DNA of 64,000 nucleotides from Planctomycetota bacterium (GTDB taxonomy: Bacteria; Planctomycetota; UBA11346), in NCBI GenBank assembly GCA_038213805.1, contig JBBQSO010000009.1, forward strand, positions 1 through 64,000. Direction: 5' to 3'. The notes below the pieces were generated by a model. That model was given only the letters and a program-made list of their open reading frames with translations. It was not told the DNA's origin and ran no database searches. Below, in pieces: positions 38,775 through 48,621 of this stretch (within the stretch, counting starts at the first letter, position 1; every line of letters starts with the position of its first letter). Position numbers and translations under genes: made by a program.

Positions 38775-40124
38775 TTATCGCCCGCTCAGCGTCTCCGCCC
38801 ACGCCAGGATCTCCAGCGCGTGGCGATCGCCGGGTGCCTGATCCAGCACCGCATGCACCTGCGCGAGTGCCTCGTCGCGGCGCTGCTGACTGCCCAGGAT
38901 GAGGGCCATGGCGAGGCGCGCATCGCGTACGCAGGCCGGGTCACCCAGCGTGCGCGCATAGAGGTCAAGCGCCGCCTGGAGATCGCCGGAGTCCGCGGCC
39001 AAGCGCGCCGCCCACAACAGGGTGGCGCTGTCGGTCTGGCCGCTGGCGAGCAGCGCGGCGAGTGCGGCGCGCGCCGCAGGCCGGTCTCCGGCCGACCAGG
39101 CGAGCCAGGCGGCGAGGCGCTGCGTACGCGGCGCCGACGCTTCGGTGGGGGCGAGGCGCGCGAGCAGGGCGCGGCCCTCGCCGGGCGCACCGGCATCCCC
39201 CGCAACCGCCGCCGCCGCGAGCAGCAGCGCGGGCGTGGCCAGCTCGCTGGCGAGCGCTGCGCGGTAGGCGGCCAGGGCCGGCTGGAAGAGCCCGGCACGG
39301 CGCAGGTCGTCGGCGAGGCGGCTGCTCGGTACCGCGCCGGCGCGGTGCGCGGCAAGCGCGGTCGCCGCCGTCTCGTCCGGATCCCCACCGTGCTCGCGCG
39401 CCGCGAGCAGCGCCTGCCAGGCGAGCTGCCGATCCGCCTCAAGCGGCGGCGGGGTACGCACGAGCAGCTCGTGCGCGGCCGCGGCGAGATCGTCCCACTG
39501 CGCGCCGGCCTGCAGCGCGGCGAGTTCGATGCGCATGAGGTTGGCGTCGGCGGGGAAGCGCATGCGACCAAGGCCGGCGGTGGCCAGTGCACGCCGCGGT
39601 GCTCCGGCCTCCAGCTGGCAGCCGGCGAGGATGGCGAGGTCGTTGGCGGTGGCCACGGGCGCGGTGCCGCCGGCCAACGCGTCGGCGAGTTCGAGCGCGG
39701 CCCCCGCGCGGTCGCCGGCGGCGGCCAGGGCGCGGCCAAGATTGGCGCGCGTGCCGGGGGGCACCTGGGCGGTGGGAGCGACCAGGGCCGCGCGGTAGGC
39801 GGCGATGGCGGCCGGGAAATCGCCGGCGACGAAAGCCGCGTCGCCGCGCACGCGCTGCAGCCAGGGATGGTCGGGACCCCGGTAGGCGGCGAGGCGGGCC
39901 TGCGCGTCCTTGATCTGGTCCGCGTTCAGCAGCGGATGCACCGCGTTGATCAGCTCGACCAGCGCCGGTGGCAGGGGTGCCGCGGGCGCGGGTGCGGCCT
40001 CGGCGGGGGCGGCGATGATCGCGACTTCGGCGGCGCCGGCCGGGAATGCCAGCCACGCGCAGATCAGCAGCGCGGCGACGCTGCCGACGAGCCGCCGGTG
40101 GATGCGCAGGTCAGGGCAGGACAT
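38775..40124 (-). CDS. Secreted TPR protein (TtpD-like position in TonB cluster)
   Basis: Signal-like N-terminus, Ala-rich TPR repeats (GDFPAAIAAYRAAL); last gene of the tonB operon. Start uncertain. Confidence 0.75.
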   Translation of the reverse strand: MSCPDLRIHRRLVGSVAALLICAWLAFPAGAAEVAIIAAPAEAAPAPAAPLPPALVELINAVHPLLNADQIKDAQARLAAYRGPDHPWLQRVRGDAAFVAGDFPAAIAAYRAALVAPTAQVPPGTRANLGRALAAAGDRAGAALELADALAGGTAPVATANDLAILAGCQLEAGAPRRALATAGLGRMRFPADANLMRIELAALQAGAQWDDLAAAAHELLVRTPPPLEADRQLAWQALLAAREHGGDPDETAATALAAHRAGAVPSSRLADDLRRAGLFQPALAAYRAALASELATPALLLAAAAVAGDAGAPGEGRALLARLAPTEASAPRTQRLAAWLAWSAGDRPAARAALAALLASGQTDSATLLWAARLAADSGDLQAALDLYARTLGDPACVRDARLAMALILGSQQRRDEALAQVHAVLDQAPGDRHALEILAWAETLSGR

Positions 40125-40794
40125 ACTGGAAGGTCCAGGTGCAGCGTGTGCTCACCGCGACGCCGCCCTTGCGGCCGGCAACGAAGTGCGAGCGCAGGAC
40201 GCCGTTGAAGCTCGGTTCGCGGAAATGCTCGGGATGGCGTGCCGCGACCAGTTCCAGATCGCTGACCCGGCCATCCTCGTGGACGATGAAGCTCACCACC
40301 ACGGTGTCGGTAAGTCCGAGGCGCTGGGCACGTGGCGGATACGCGGGGAAGTGCCGGTCGCTGGCGCGCACGCCCTCGTCAAGGTCGTGCTCGTCGAGCG
40401 GCGCCAGGGTCGGCGCAAGCACGCCCGGTGCGCCGGCCTGGACCTCACCAAGCTGCTGCGGCACGAGGTCCGGCAACGGCACGACCACCGGCGCCAGCGG
40501 CTGGGCGAGGGCGTCGAGAGTCGGGCGCACGCCGAGATCGAGGGTCGGCATGGCCGGCGGCGTGGGCGCGCGCGCCGGGCGCGGCGTGACTGGCGGTGCG
40601 GACGGCGGTACCACCGGCGGCTGCTCGCGATGCAGCTCGACCAGCGGCGGCAATACCACCGCCGGGGAGACCGCGAGCATCCGCGCCAGGGCGCTGAACA
40701 GCACCAGGTTGACCACCACCGCGGCGAGCAGCGCCACCGCCAGCAGCGGCGTGCGCCGCCGGCGCGCGGGGCGCAAGGCCAGCGCGGCGCTCAT
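40111..40794 (-). CDS. tonB: Energy transducer TonB
   Basis: N-terminal TM, Pro-rich linker, PAYPPRAQRLG..VVVSFIVHEDGRV (TonB_C). Confidence 0.88.
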   Translation of the reverse strand: MSAALALRPARRRRTPLLAVALLAAVVVNLVLFSALARMLAVSPAVVLPPLVELHREQPPVVPPSAPPVTPRPARAPTPPAMPTLDLGVRPTLDALAQPLAPVVVPLPDLVPQQLGEVQAGAPGVLAPTLAPLDEHDLDEGVRASDRHFPAYPPRAQRLGLTDTVVVSFIVHEDGRVSDLELVAARHPEHFREPSFNGVLRSHFVAGRKGGVAVSTRCTWTFQYVLP

Positions 40795-41213
40795 GGCGCC
40801 TCCCTGGCCTGGGCGGCGAGATCGACGCGCTGCGCGCCGGCGGCGGTGCAGGCGTCCATGACCTCGAGCATGCGTCCGGTGCTCACCTGGCGGTCAGCCA
40901 CCAGCAAGACGCGCACGGCGCCACTGCGCTGGAGGGCTGCGGCGAGCGCGCCGAGTCCATCGCCGTGCGCGCCACCCGGCAGCAGCACCGCGCCGCTCGC
41001 GGTCAGCGCCACCAGCAGCACGTCGTTGGCCTCAGTGGGCCGCGCCTGCGCGCTGCCCGGACGCTCGATGTCGACGGTGCTGTCGGCGGTGAAGCTGGTG
41101 GTGACCATGAAGAACACCAGCAGTACGAAGAGGATGTCGATCAGGCTGATGACGTTGATCTCGACGCCACCGGCGGGCCGGCGGCGCTGGCGCAAGAACA
41201 GCAGCGGGTTCAT
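40791..41213 (-). CDS. exbD: Biopolymer transport protein ExbD
   Basis: EINVISLIDILFVLLVFFMVTTSF with the conserved TM Asp; LVADRQV. Confidence 0.92.
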   Translation of the reverse strand: MNPLLFLRQRRRPAGGVEINVISLIDILFVLLVFFMVTTSFTADSTVDIERPGSAQARPTEANDVLLVALTASGAVLLPGGAHGDGLGALAAALQRSGAVRVLLVADRQVSTGRMLEVMDACTAAGAQRVDLAAQAREAP

Positions 41214-41632
41214 GAGCGCGCTCCGGCACGCGTGCCGGCTGCGGTAAGCATGGCGACCCGGCGCGCGAACAGCGCGTGGGCGAGCGCCGCCGGGATCGCC
41301 ACGACCAGGCCGGCAGCGGTGCAGATCAAGGCCTCGGAGATCCCAGCGGCGAGCTGCCGCCCGCCGGCGCCGCCGAGCGCGGCGAAGCAGGTGATGATGC
41401 CGCTGACCGTGCCGAGCAGGCCGAGCAGCGGCGCGACCGCGGCGAGGATGCGCAGCAGCCATAGGCGCGCGCGCAGGCGTTGCGCGCCGTCCGCCGCGGA
41501 GAGCCAGCCCAGCGCCACGCCCTCAAGGATCAGCGCCCACGCGACCACCCCGCACAGCGCGGTCGCCCACAGCGGCGCGCCGCCGATGGCGGCCAGGCGT
41601 TCCAGCGCGGTGAGCAGGCCGTCAGCGGGCAT
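41210..41632 (-). CDS. exbB: MotA/TolQ/ExbB proton channel (short)
   Basis: APLLGLLGTVSGII..F, GISEALICTAAGL. Confidence 0.9.
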   Translation of the reverse strand: MPADGLLTALERLAAIGGAPLWATALCGVVAWALILEGVALGWLSAADGAQRLRARLWLLRILAAVAPLLGLLGTVSGIITCFAALGGAGGRQLAAGISEALICTAAGLVVAIPAALAHALFARRVAMLTAAGTRAGARS

Positions 41633-42890
41633 GGGCCGACTCCCCCGCCACCGCCGCGACGCGCCCGGACGCGGAGGCAGGCGCGGCGTGCGAGCTGGCC
41701 AGGGCGGTGGCCTGCTCCTCGATGCGCGTCAGTGCGCGTTCGGCGCGGCGGGCGAGCAGGGCGTGCGCGAACAGCACCGGCACCGCCACCAGCAGCCCGA
41801 GCTGAGTGGTGATGAGCGCCTCGGAGATGCCGCCGGAAAGCAGCTTGGGGTTGCCGGTGCCGTGCGCGGAGAGCACCTGGAACATGCGGATCATGCCGCT
41901 GACCGTGCCGAGCAGGCCGAGCAACGGTGCGATGGCAGCGAGCATGCCGAGCACGGTCAGGCTGCGTTCGATGCGCGGGGTCTGCGCGAGGATGGCCTCG
42001 CCAAGCGCGGCGGCGCGCGCCTCGAAACCGCGCGCGAACACCGCCAGGCCGGCGCCGAGCACGCAGGCCACGGGCGTGCCGTGCCCGACCAGCAGGCGCT
42101 GCGCGGCGGCGAGGTCGCCGGCGGCGACGCTCGCAACCACCGCGCGGCCGAGCCCGTCGTCGCCGCGCTCGCGGTGGAAGCTGAGCAAGCGTTCAAGCAC
42201 CAGCAGCAGCGCGATCAGGCCGGTGGCGAGGATCGGAATGACGAACCAGCCGCCGTCGGCGAGCTTGCGCCAGAGCGTGCGCGGCGCCGCGGCAGTCTGC
42301 GCGGCGAGCTTGCCGGTGACGTCGACCGCGATCCAGCCAGCGCGCGTCGGGCCAGGTATCGTCGGACCAACCTGCCGCCAGCCGTCGCCAAAGGGTGCCA
42401 CCAGTGCGGCCGATTCGGCCACGGCAGCACCGGCCGCACCCAGGCGGATGACGGTCGCGGTCGCCTGGTGGCCGTCCCACCACGTCACCGGCGCCTGCTG
42501 CGCCATCAGGGTGGTGGCAGCGGCAAGCTGGGCCGCGGCGGACTCCTGCCAGCGGCGCAGGCTGGCGGCGAGCGGCGTCGTGGCCGGCACACCGGCGATG
42601 CTGGCGGCTTGGCGCGCCAGCTCGAGACGCAGAGGCCGGGGATCGGTGGGCAGCGGTGCGGCGAGTTGCGCGTCCAGCGCGCGCAGCTCGCTCGCGCGCG
42701 ACGCGGCGGCCTGCGCCAGCTTGGTCAAGCGCTCACCGAGCGCGCGGCGCTCGACCCCGACCTGATCCTGGGCCGCGGCGAGCGCCGTACGCGCGCCCGC
42801 AGGGTCATAACCGGCAGTGTCCGCGGCGGTGCCGACGGGGGTCGTGAACGCGAGGATCACGACCGCGGCGAAGACCCAGGGCAGGCGCAT
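41622..42890 (-). CDS. Long MotA/TolQ/ExbB protein with N-terminal periplasmic domain (TtpC-like)
   Basis: Start MRLPWVFAAVV at 42890; signal peptide, coiled coil, then APLLGLLGTVSGMI and GGISEALITTQLGL. Confidence 0.88.
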   Translation of the reverse strand: MRLPWVFAAVVILAFTTPVGTAADTAGYDPAGARTALAAAQDQVGVERRALGERLTKLAQAAASRASELRALDAQLAAPLPTDPRPLRLELARQAASIAGVPATTPLAASLRRWQESAAAQLAAATTLMAQQAPVTWWDGHQATATVIRLGAAGAAVAESAALVAPFGDGWRQVGPTIPGPTRAGWIAVDVTGKLAAQTAAAPRTLWRKLADGGWFVIPILATGLIALLLVLERLLSFHRERGDDGLGRAVVASVAAGDLAAAQRLLVGHGTPVACVLGAGLAVFARGFEARAAALGEAILAQTPRIERSLTVLGMLAAIAPLLGLLGTVSGMIRMFQVLSAHGTGNPKLLSGGISEALITTQLGLLVAVPVLFAHALLARRAERALTRIEEQATALASSHAAPASASGRVAAVAGESAHAR

Positions 42891-43660
42891 CAGGGCACAC
42901 CTTGCGTGCTTGGCGGCGCGGGCGCGGGCGCGGGCGGCGCCGGCAGCAGCAGCGCCTCGGGGACGGTGTTGCCGCGCAGTTGCGCGATCGCTGCGCTGAT
43001 CGCCGCGGCGACAGCGGGATCCCCGTCGGGATGCAGCGTCCAGCGCACGCCGGCGCGCTGCGCAGTGCCGGCCTGGGCACCGTCGAGGCTGACGTACCAG
43101 GCTGCGGCATAGCCGGCCTTCACCACCTGCACCGCTACGGTACCGCCGCCCGGGGCGACGCCCTCGGCGATCTCGATCTCCCAGCGGCCGGCGCTGACGC
43201 GCACCGCCTCGAACGCGGCGGCACCGGCACGCAGCTGCGCGGGCAACGAAGCCTCTGCGTCGGCCTTCGCGCCAGGCACGGAAGCAGACGGATAGGGCGC
43301 GAGCATGGCCGTCAACGCAGCCAGGGTGGCGAGCGCCGCCTGGTCGTCGGCGGCCAGCGCGGCTGCCTCTTCGGCCAGGTGGGCGCCCTCGGCCTGGCGC
43401 GTCGCGAGCCGAGCACGCAGTTCGGCGAGCTGCGCGTCCGCGGCCTCCAGCGCGATGGTGCGGGCGGTAGCCAGGCGTTCGAGGTCGGCGCGCTCCTTTT
43501 CCCAAGCGGCAAGCAGGGTGGCGCGCTGGTGCTCGAGCGCGAGCGCGGCGCGCGCCTCGGCCAGCGCCGCTTCGGGCTCGGCCGCGGCCACCACCCCTGC
43601 CAGGAAGGCGAGCAGGGGCGCGAGGGCCTTCAGCAGCAGGGAGGAACGGGCGTGGCGCAT
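42890..43660 (-). CDS. Periplasmic coiled-coil protein (DUF3450/TtpB-like)
   Basis: Signal peptide and long coiled coil; first gene of the TtpC-type operon. Family call rests on position and shape. Confidence 0.7.
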   Translation of the reverse strand: MRHARSSLLLKALAPLLAFLAGVVAAAEPEAALAEARAALALEHQRATLLAAWEKERADLERLATARTIALEAADAQLAELRARLATRQAEGAHLAEEAAALAADDQAALATLAALTAMLAPYPSASVPGAKADAEASLPAQLRAGAAAFEAVRVSAGRWEIEIAEGVAPGGGTVAVQVVKAGYAAAWYVSLDGAQAGTAQRAGVRWTLHPDGDPAVAAAISAAIAQLRGNTVPEALLLPAPPAPAPAPPSTQGVP

Positions 43661-43881
43661 CGGGGTCCGGGAAGGAGGCATCAGCGGAAAGGATGCCGGC
43701 GCGGATGGTGGGGCAACGGGGGGATACGTCCAGATCGTGAACAGCGGCAAGACCCCCTGTCGAGGAGCTGCGCAAGCCCCCGGTCGGCCGGCCACCACCT
43801 GCCGGACGTGATCGTGCCTGCCATTGCCTGGGCGCGCGGGCCGCGAGCATCACCCCGGCCGCGCCTTTCCGGAGCTCACGC

Positions 43882-44757
43882 ATGTCCGACCTCCGCCAGC
43901 ACTTCCTTCTGACGCTCCTCCTCGGCATGGTATCCGTTTCCGCCACCGTCGAGGCCGCCGAGCCATCCCCCCTGCGCGTGGTCGCTTCCACCACCATGCT
44001 CGCCGACATCGTGCGCCAGGTTGGCGGCGCGCGGGTGGCGGTTACCAGCCTGCTCGCCCCTGGCGTCGACGGCCACACCTGGCAGCCGGCGCCCGCCGAC
44101 ATTCAGCGCATCGCCACAGCGCGCCTGGTGGTGGTCAATGGCCTGGGCTTCGAGGGCTGGCTCGACCAGGTCATCGCGAACGCCGGGGCGCGGCCGACCG
44201 TGGTCGTGGCCAGCACCGGCGTCACCCCGCGCGGCGGCGATCCGCACGCCTGGCAGGACGCGCGCAACGGCATGCGCTATGCGCAGGCGATCGGCGCGGC
44301 GCTGGCCGCCGCCGATCCCGCCGGCGCGGACGACTACGCCGCCTGGACCGAGGCCTACGTCGCCCAGTTGCGCGTGGTTGACGCCTGGGTGCGCAAGCAG
44401 ATCGCCAGCCTGCCGCCGACGGCGCGCGTGCTGGTCACCAGCCACGACGCGCTCGGCTACTACGGCCTGGCCTACGGGCTGGAGGTCATCGCCGTCGAGG
44501 GCATCGCCACCGGCCAGGAGCCCGACCCCCAACACATCGCCGGCCTCATCACGCTGCTGCGTGCACGCCACGTGAAGGCGGTGTTTATCGAATCCGTCGC
44601 CAGCCCCAAGGTGGTGGAGCAGATCGGCGCGGAAGGTGGCGCCGCGCTCGGCGGCAGCCTGTTCAGCGACAGCCTCGATGTCCCGGGGGCGCCGGCCGGC
44701 ACGTACATCGGCATGTTCCTGACGAATACGCGCGCGATCGTGGATGGGCTGCGCTGA
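43882..44757 (+). CDS. Zn/Mn ABC transporter substrate-binding protein (ZnuA/TroA family)
   Basis: DGHTW, NGLGFEGW, DPHAW, TSHDALGYY, LFSDSL. Confidence 0.93.
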   Translation: MSDLRQHFLLTLLLGMVSVSATVEAAEPSPLRVVASTTMLADIVRQVGGARVAVTSLLAPGVDGHTWQPAPADIQRIATARLVVVNGLGFEGWLDQVIANAGARPTVVVASTGVTPRGGDPHAWQDARNGMRYAQAIGAALAAADPAGADDYAAWTEAYVAQLRVVDAWVRKQIASLPPTARVLVTSHDALGYYGLAYGLEVIAVEGIATGQEPDPQHIAGLITLLRARHVKAVFIESVASPKVVEQIGAEGGAALGGSLFSDSLDVPGAPAGTYIGMFLTNTRAIVDGLR

Positions 44758-44810
44758 GACGCGAGACGCGAGACGCGAGACGCGAGACGCGAGACGCGAG
44801 ACGCGAGACG
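44756..44810 (+). repeat. Heptamer tandem array (GAGACGC)7.9
   Basis: Starts inside the TGA of the SBP gene; 7 perfect units plus GAGACG; no inverted partner seen. Confidence 0.95.
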
Positions 44811-45173
44811 ATCGGCCTTTGGCGGATACCTTACCGGGTTTTCTGCAAGGGATCGTCGCGGGATGATCACCTTACCGGGGATGCGCATCCGGCGGTGGCC
44901 ACACCACCAGCCCATCATCCTCGTGCTCATCGAAGCAGCCCCGCCACAGGCGCAGCAGGATGCGATTGCTACAACGCGGCGGCAGGGTCAGGGCGCGCAC
45001 GTGCCGCTGGCCATGGCAAAGCGCCAGGTCGGTGCAGGTGCGGATCCAGTGCCGCGTGGGGATGCGCTCGGAGAGATCCATGGCTACCGCTGATACTATC
45101 CGGCGGCGCGGCGAACCGCGGGGAAATGGTGCATCCTTCGGCGCTCGCACCCGCGCAGATGGAAGCCGCTTCC

Positions 45174-45224
45174 GGGCTCTTCCTGGGACCGCGCGCCGCT
45201 GGCGCGCGGTCCCAGGAAGAACCC
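45174..45224. repeat. Perfect 20-bp GC-rich palindrome (REP-like hairpin / possible terminator)
   Basis: TCTTCCTGGGACCGCGCGCC-gct-GGCGCGCGGTCCCAGGAAGA (45178-45220), just downstream of ORF 45242. Confidence 0.8.
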
Positions 45225-45241
45225 AGTCGCGGATGTCGCGT

Positions 45242-45775
45242 TCAGGGTGCGGTGACGAACTGCTCCGCGGCGTGCAAGCCATCCAGCATCGGCACATTCC
45301 CATCCACGTGGCACCGGCGCACGAGATCCGCGTAGCCGCCCAGCGCGGCGGCGCCGAGCCGCGCGGACACCGCCATGCCGCAGCTGCGCTCGGGGATGCC
45401 GATGAGGAAACCTTCCGGGAAGAGCGCCTGCAGGCGCTTCCCGAGCAGCAGCCGCGAGGTCCCCAGGCCATCGTCGTTCATGAAGGCGGCCATCTCGCGG
45501 ACGCCGCCAACGACCTTCTCGTGGGTGTGGAAGACCTCTGCGCAGGACGCCTCCAGGTTGGCGAGCGCGGCCGCGCGGAAATCGACGCCCTCCGCCGCCA
45601 TCGCGTCGGTCTCCTCCTTGTTCAGGTAGCGCATGGTCTGATCGTCATCCAGCCACACCCAGGTTACGGCGAGTTCGGGATGCACGAGCGGCGCGAGATG
45701 GCCCGGCCAGGTGCCATGCTCGTCGTAGCTGCGCGGCACGATGATCGGGAAGATGGTGCTCAGGTCTTCATGCAT
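45242..45775 (-). CDS. Hypothetical protein (DUF1444/YtpQ-like, tentative)
   Basis: VTWVWLDDDQTMRYL, AALANL, DGLGTSRLLL, IGIPERS pattern; start 45775. Confidence 0.6.
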   Translation of the reverse strand: MHEDLSTIFPIIVPRSYDEHGTWPGHLAPLVHPELAVTWVWLDDDQTMRYLNKEETDAMAAEGVDFRAAALANLEASCAEVFHTHEKVVGGVREMAAFMNDDGLGTSRLLLGKRLQALFPEGFLIGIPERSCGMAVSARLGAAALGGYADLVRRCHVDGNVPMLDGLHAAEQFVTAP

Positions 45776-45979
45776 GGCGGTGCCCGGCGGAGATGAACGG
45801 TGCGCGAGCCGCCGCGCACTGCTGGATACTTTCCAGATTCCCGGACGGTTGCCAAGCGCTGACGGAACGTCCGCCCGGCCCGCCCACCGCCGCGTGGCGA
45901 CGGCCCGGCGGTGCAGACGGGTGCCCCCGCCATGGTCCAGGCGCATGGCAATCCGACCGCCTCCGCCATCATCCAGGCC

Positions 45980-46954
45980 ATGGAGCCGTTCCTGCGCACC
46001 ACGCCACCCGATCTCGCCACCGCGGCAGCGGTGGTGGCGCTGGCGACCCTGGTAGCCGCCGCTTGGTGGGCGCGACGCTCATGGATCGGTGAACTCACCA
46101 GCCATTGGACCCGCCACATCGCCTGGGTGCTGCTCGCCCTCGCGGTGTTCGCCACCTGGCGGGGAGACTGGTGCATCGCGGTGCTCGCCTGCGGCTTCGC
46201 CGCCGCAGGCGCGATCCCATGGCTGCGCGCAGCGCGCGAACACAAGGCCCCGCACACCGCCGACGGGCCGACGTTCACGCTGTTGTCGGCCAACCTGCTC
46301 TGCTTCAATCAGCAGCGCGCCGCAGCGCTGGCCACGCTCGCCGCCAGCGGCGCCCAGGTTGCGGTGCTAATCGAAGTCCTGCCCAGCGACGAGATCGCGC
46401 TACGCGGCGATCCCCGCTGGCCCCACCAGTCCTGGCACCACGACCCAGACTGGAACGGCTCTGCGATCCTCAGCGTCCATCCGCTCGACCAGGTCGTGGT
46501 GGTGGACCCGCGCCACGCCGCACTCGTCACCACGAGCCTCACCATCGCCGGCCGCTCCCTGCTGCTGATCGCCGTACATCCCTTCGCGCCAGAAAGCCTC
46601 GCGCACACGCGCGAACGCAACGCCCAGTGTGCGCGCCTGACCCAACTGGTCGCCAGCGACCCCCGGCCGGTCGTGGTCGCCGGGGACTTCAATCTCACCG
46701 TCGGCAATCCCGCTTGGCGCGATTTGCACCGCGTCGGCGGCCTGCTGCGCTGCCACGGCGCAGCGCCTGCGACCTACCCGGCGTGGCTCGGCGGCCTCGG
46801 CATCGCCATTGATCACGTGCTGGTGCGCGGGCTCGCGCTGCGCTCGCTTGCTGCAGTGCGCCTACCGGGCAGCGATCATCGTGGGGTGCTGGCGGAGATC
46901 GTCGTGCCACCAGAGTGGATGCAGGGATTTGGCGTGAAACCATCGCGAGGGTAA
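45980..46954 (+). CDS. Membrane-anchored endonuclease/exonuclease/phosphatase (EEP) family protein
   Basis: N-terminal TMs; LLSANL, VVVAGDFN, IDHVLV, GSDHRGV. Confidence 0.88.
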   Translation: MEPFLRTTPPDLATAAAVVALATLVAAAWWARRSWIGELTSHWTRHIAWVLLALAVFATWRGDWCIAVLACGFAAAGAIPWLRAAREHKAPHTADGPTFTLLSANLLCFNQQRAAALATLAASGAQVAVLIEVLPSDEIALRGDPRWPHQSWHHDPDWNGSAILSVHPLDQVVVVDPRHAALVTTSLTIAGRSLLLIAVHPFAPESLAHTRERNAQCARLTQLVASDPRPVVVAGDFNLTVGNPAWRDLHRVGGLLRCHGAAPATYPAWLGGLGIAIDHVLVRGLALRSLAAVRLPGSDHRGVLAEIVVPPEWMQGFGVKPSRG

Positions 46955-46998
46955 AGCACGCGACCATCACGCGCCCGCGGGTCGATCCGCGCAGTGAG

Positions 46999-47072
46999 CG
47001 CACCCACCAGGAGTCGAACCTGGGACCTAGTGCTTAGAAGGCACTTGCTCTATCCAGCTGAGCTATGGGTGC
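46999..47072 (-). tRNA. tRNA-Arg (anticodon UCU), CCA not encoded
   Basis: Reverse complement GCACCCATAGCTCAGCTGGATAGAGCAAGTGCCTTCTAAGCACTAGGTCCCAGGTTCGACTCCTGGTGGGTGCG folds as a cloverleaf with anticodon loop CT-TCT-AA. Confidence 0.96.
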
Positions 47073-47237
47073 AGATGTGCGCGTGCGCCGGCATGCTGGC
47101 GCCCCCCGCCGCGAGGAAAAGCGCCGAGTGACCCATCCCCGACCGCGAGCAGAGCAGCCGTGGCGGACCGGGCACGACGGTTGCCTCCCACGGCACCTCA
47201 CCCGTATCCGCGCACGATCCCTCATCTTTCCAGGCCG

Positions 47238-47284
47238 TCCGACTTCCGGACTTCCGGACTCCCGGATCTCCGGACTTCCGGACC
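47238..47284 (-). repeat. Octamer tandem array (GTCCGGAA)~5 directly after the phoH stop
   Basis: Plus strand reads gacttccggacttccggactcccggatctccggacttccggac. Confidence 0.88.
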
Positions 47285-47287
47285 CTC

Positions 47288-48610
47288 TTACAGGATGTTC
47301 GCCGCGATCCCCGACAGCTCGCTGCGCTCCGACTTGGTCAGCGTCATGTGTCCCGCCAGCTCCTGGCCGCGCATGCGCTCGACCACGTAGGTCAGGCCGT
47401 TCGAACTCGCATCCAGGTAGGGGTTGTCGATCTGGTGCGGGTCGCCGGTGAGCACGATCTTGGTGTCGTGGCCAGCGCGGCTGATGATGGTCTTGATCTC
47501 GTGCGGGGTCAGGTTCTGGGCCTCGTCGACGATCACGTACTGCTTGCTGATCGAACGGCCGCGGATGTAGGTCAGGGCCTCGAGCGTGATCGACTCCTCC
47601 TCGATGAGGCGCTTGATGACCTCGTCGGGATCGCGCTCCTCGCTGGCGAGCAGGAAGTGCAGGTTGTCGAAGATCGGGCCCATCCAGTGCGAGAGCTTGT
47701 CGTCCTTCGAGCCGGGCAGGTAACCGATGTCCTGGCCGAGCGGCATGATCGGGCGGCTGACCAGCAGCTTCTTGAAACGTTCGTCGTGAATGACCTTGGC
47801 CAGGCCGCAGGCCAGGGCGAGCAGGGTTTTGCCCGTGCCGGCCTGTCCAACCAGGGTGACCAGCTTGATGCGGTCGTCGAGCAGCAGCTCGAACGCCATG
47901 CGCTGCTCGTGGCTGCGCGGCGCGACGCCGAAGAGCATGGGCGGATCATCGTCGATGCGCCGCAACAGGCCCTTGGCATCGCAGGCGAAGAGCAGGTGCT
48001 GCTCCTCGTCCTGGTCGTCGACGGCGACCACGAACTGGTTGGTGACCAGCTCACCGACCAGCTCGACGGCGATCTCCTCGGGCTTGGCCACGTCGCGGTC
48101 GGAGAGCTCGCGCAGGCGCGAGCTCGGCACGGTGATCTGGCGCCAGCCGGTGTAGAGCTCGTCGACGTTGACCTTCTGATTCTCGAAGTCCTCGCTGGGA
48201 ATGCCGAGGGCGTCGGCCTTGACGCGCGCGTTGATGTCCTTCGAGATGAAGTAGACGTTGCGGCCTTCGCGCTTGAAGCGCTGCGCACAGCCCAGGATGC
48301 GGTTGTCGTTGACGCCGGGCAGCATGCCCGCGATCTCATCGTAGCCCAGCGCGACCTGCACCGATCCGCCCTGCGGCGTCGGCACCCCGTCGCGCAGCGA
48401 GCCCTTGCTGCGCAGGCGGTCGAGGGCGCGCGCGACCTCGCGGGAGTTCTGCCCGAGCTCGTTGTTGGCGGTCTTGAACTTATCAAGCTCTTCGAGCACC
48501 ATCATGGGGATGACCACGTGGTTGTCGGCGAACGCGAAGAGCGACTGCGGGTTGTGCAGCAGGACGTTGGTGTCGATGATGAAGGTCTTGGCAGTCGCGG
48601 GATCGATCAT
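47288..48610 (-). CDS. PIN-PhoH (PhoH2) family protein
   Basis: IIDTNVLL, DNRIL, SKDINARVKA (PIN); GQAGTGKT, IRGRS, DEAQN, GDPHQID (PhoH ATPase). Confidence 0.95.
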   Translation of the reverse strand: MIDPATAKTFIIDTNVLLHNPQSLFAFADNHVVIPMMVLEELDKFKTANNELGQNSREVARALDRLRSKGSLRDGVPTPQGGSVQVALGYDEIAGMLPGVNDNRILGCAQRFKREGRNVYFISKDINARVKADALGIPSEDFENQKVNVDELYTGWRQITVPSSRLRELSDRDVAKPEEIAVELVGELVTNQFVVAVDDQDEEQHLLFACDAKGLLRRIDDDPPMLFGVAPRSHEQRMAFELLLDDRIKLVTLVGQAGTGKTLLALACGLAKVIHDERFKKLLVSRPIMPLGQDIGYLPGSKDDKLSHWMGPIFDNLHFLLASEERDPDEVIKRLIEEESITLEALTYIRGRSISKQYVIVDEAQNLTPHEIKTIISRAGHDTKIVLTGDPHQIDNPYLDASSNGLTYVVERMRGQELAGHMTLTKSERSELSGIAANIL

Positions 48611-48621
48611 TGTTCCGGGGT

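Noticed and set aside
44872..45081. Possible 69-aa minus-strand ORF (MDLSERIPTRHW...)
   Set aside because: No RBS, motif or other support visible; left uncalled.
46999..47072. tRNA as integration site of a prophage or island
   Set aside because: No integrase and no duplicated tRNA 3' end noticed in the window.
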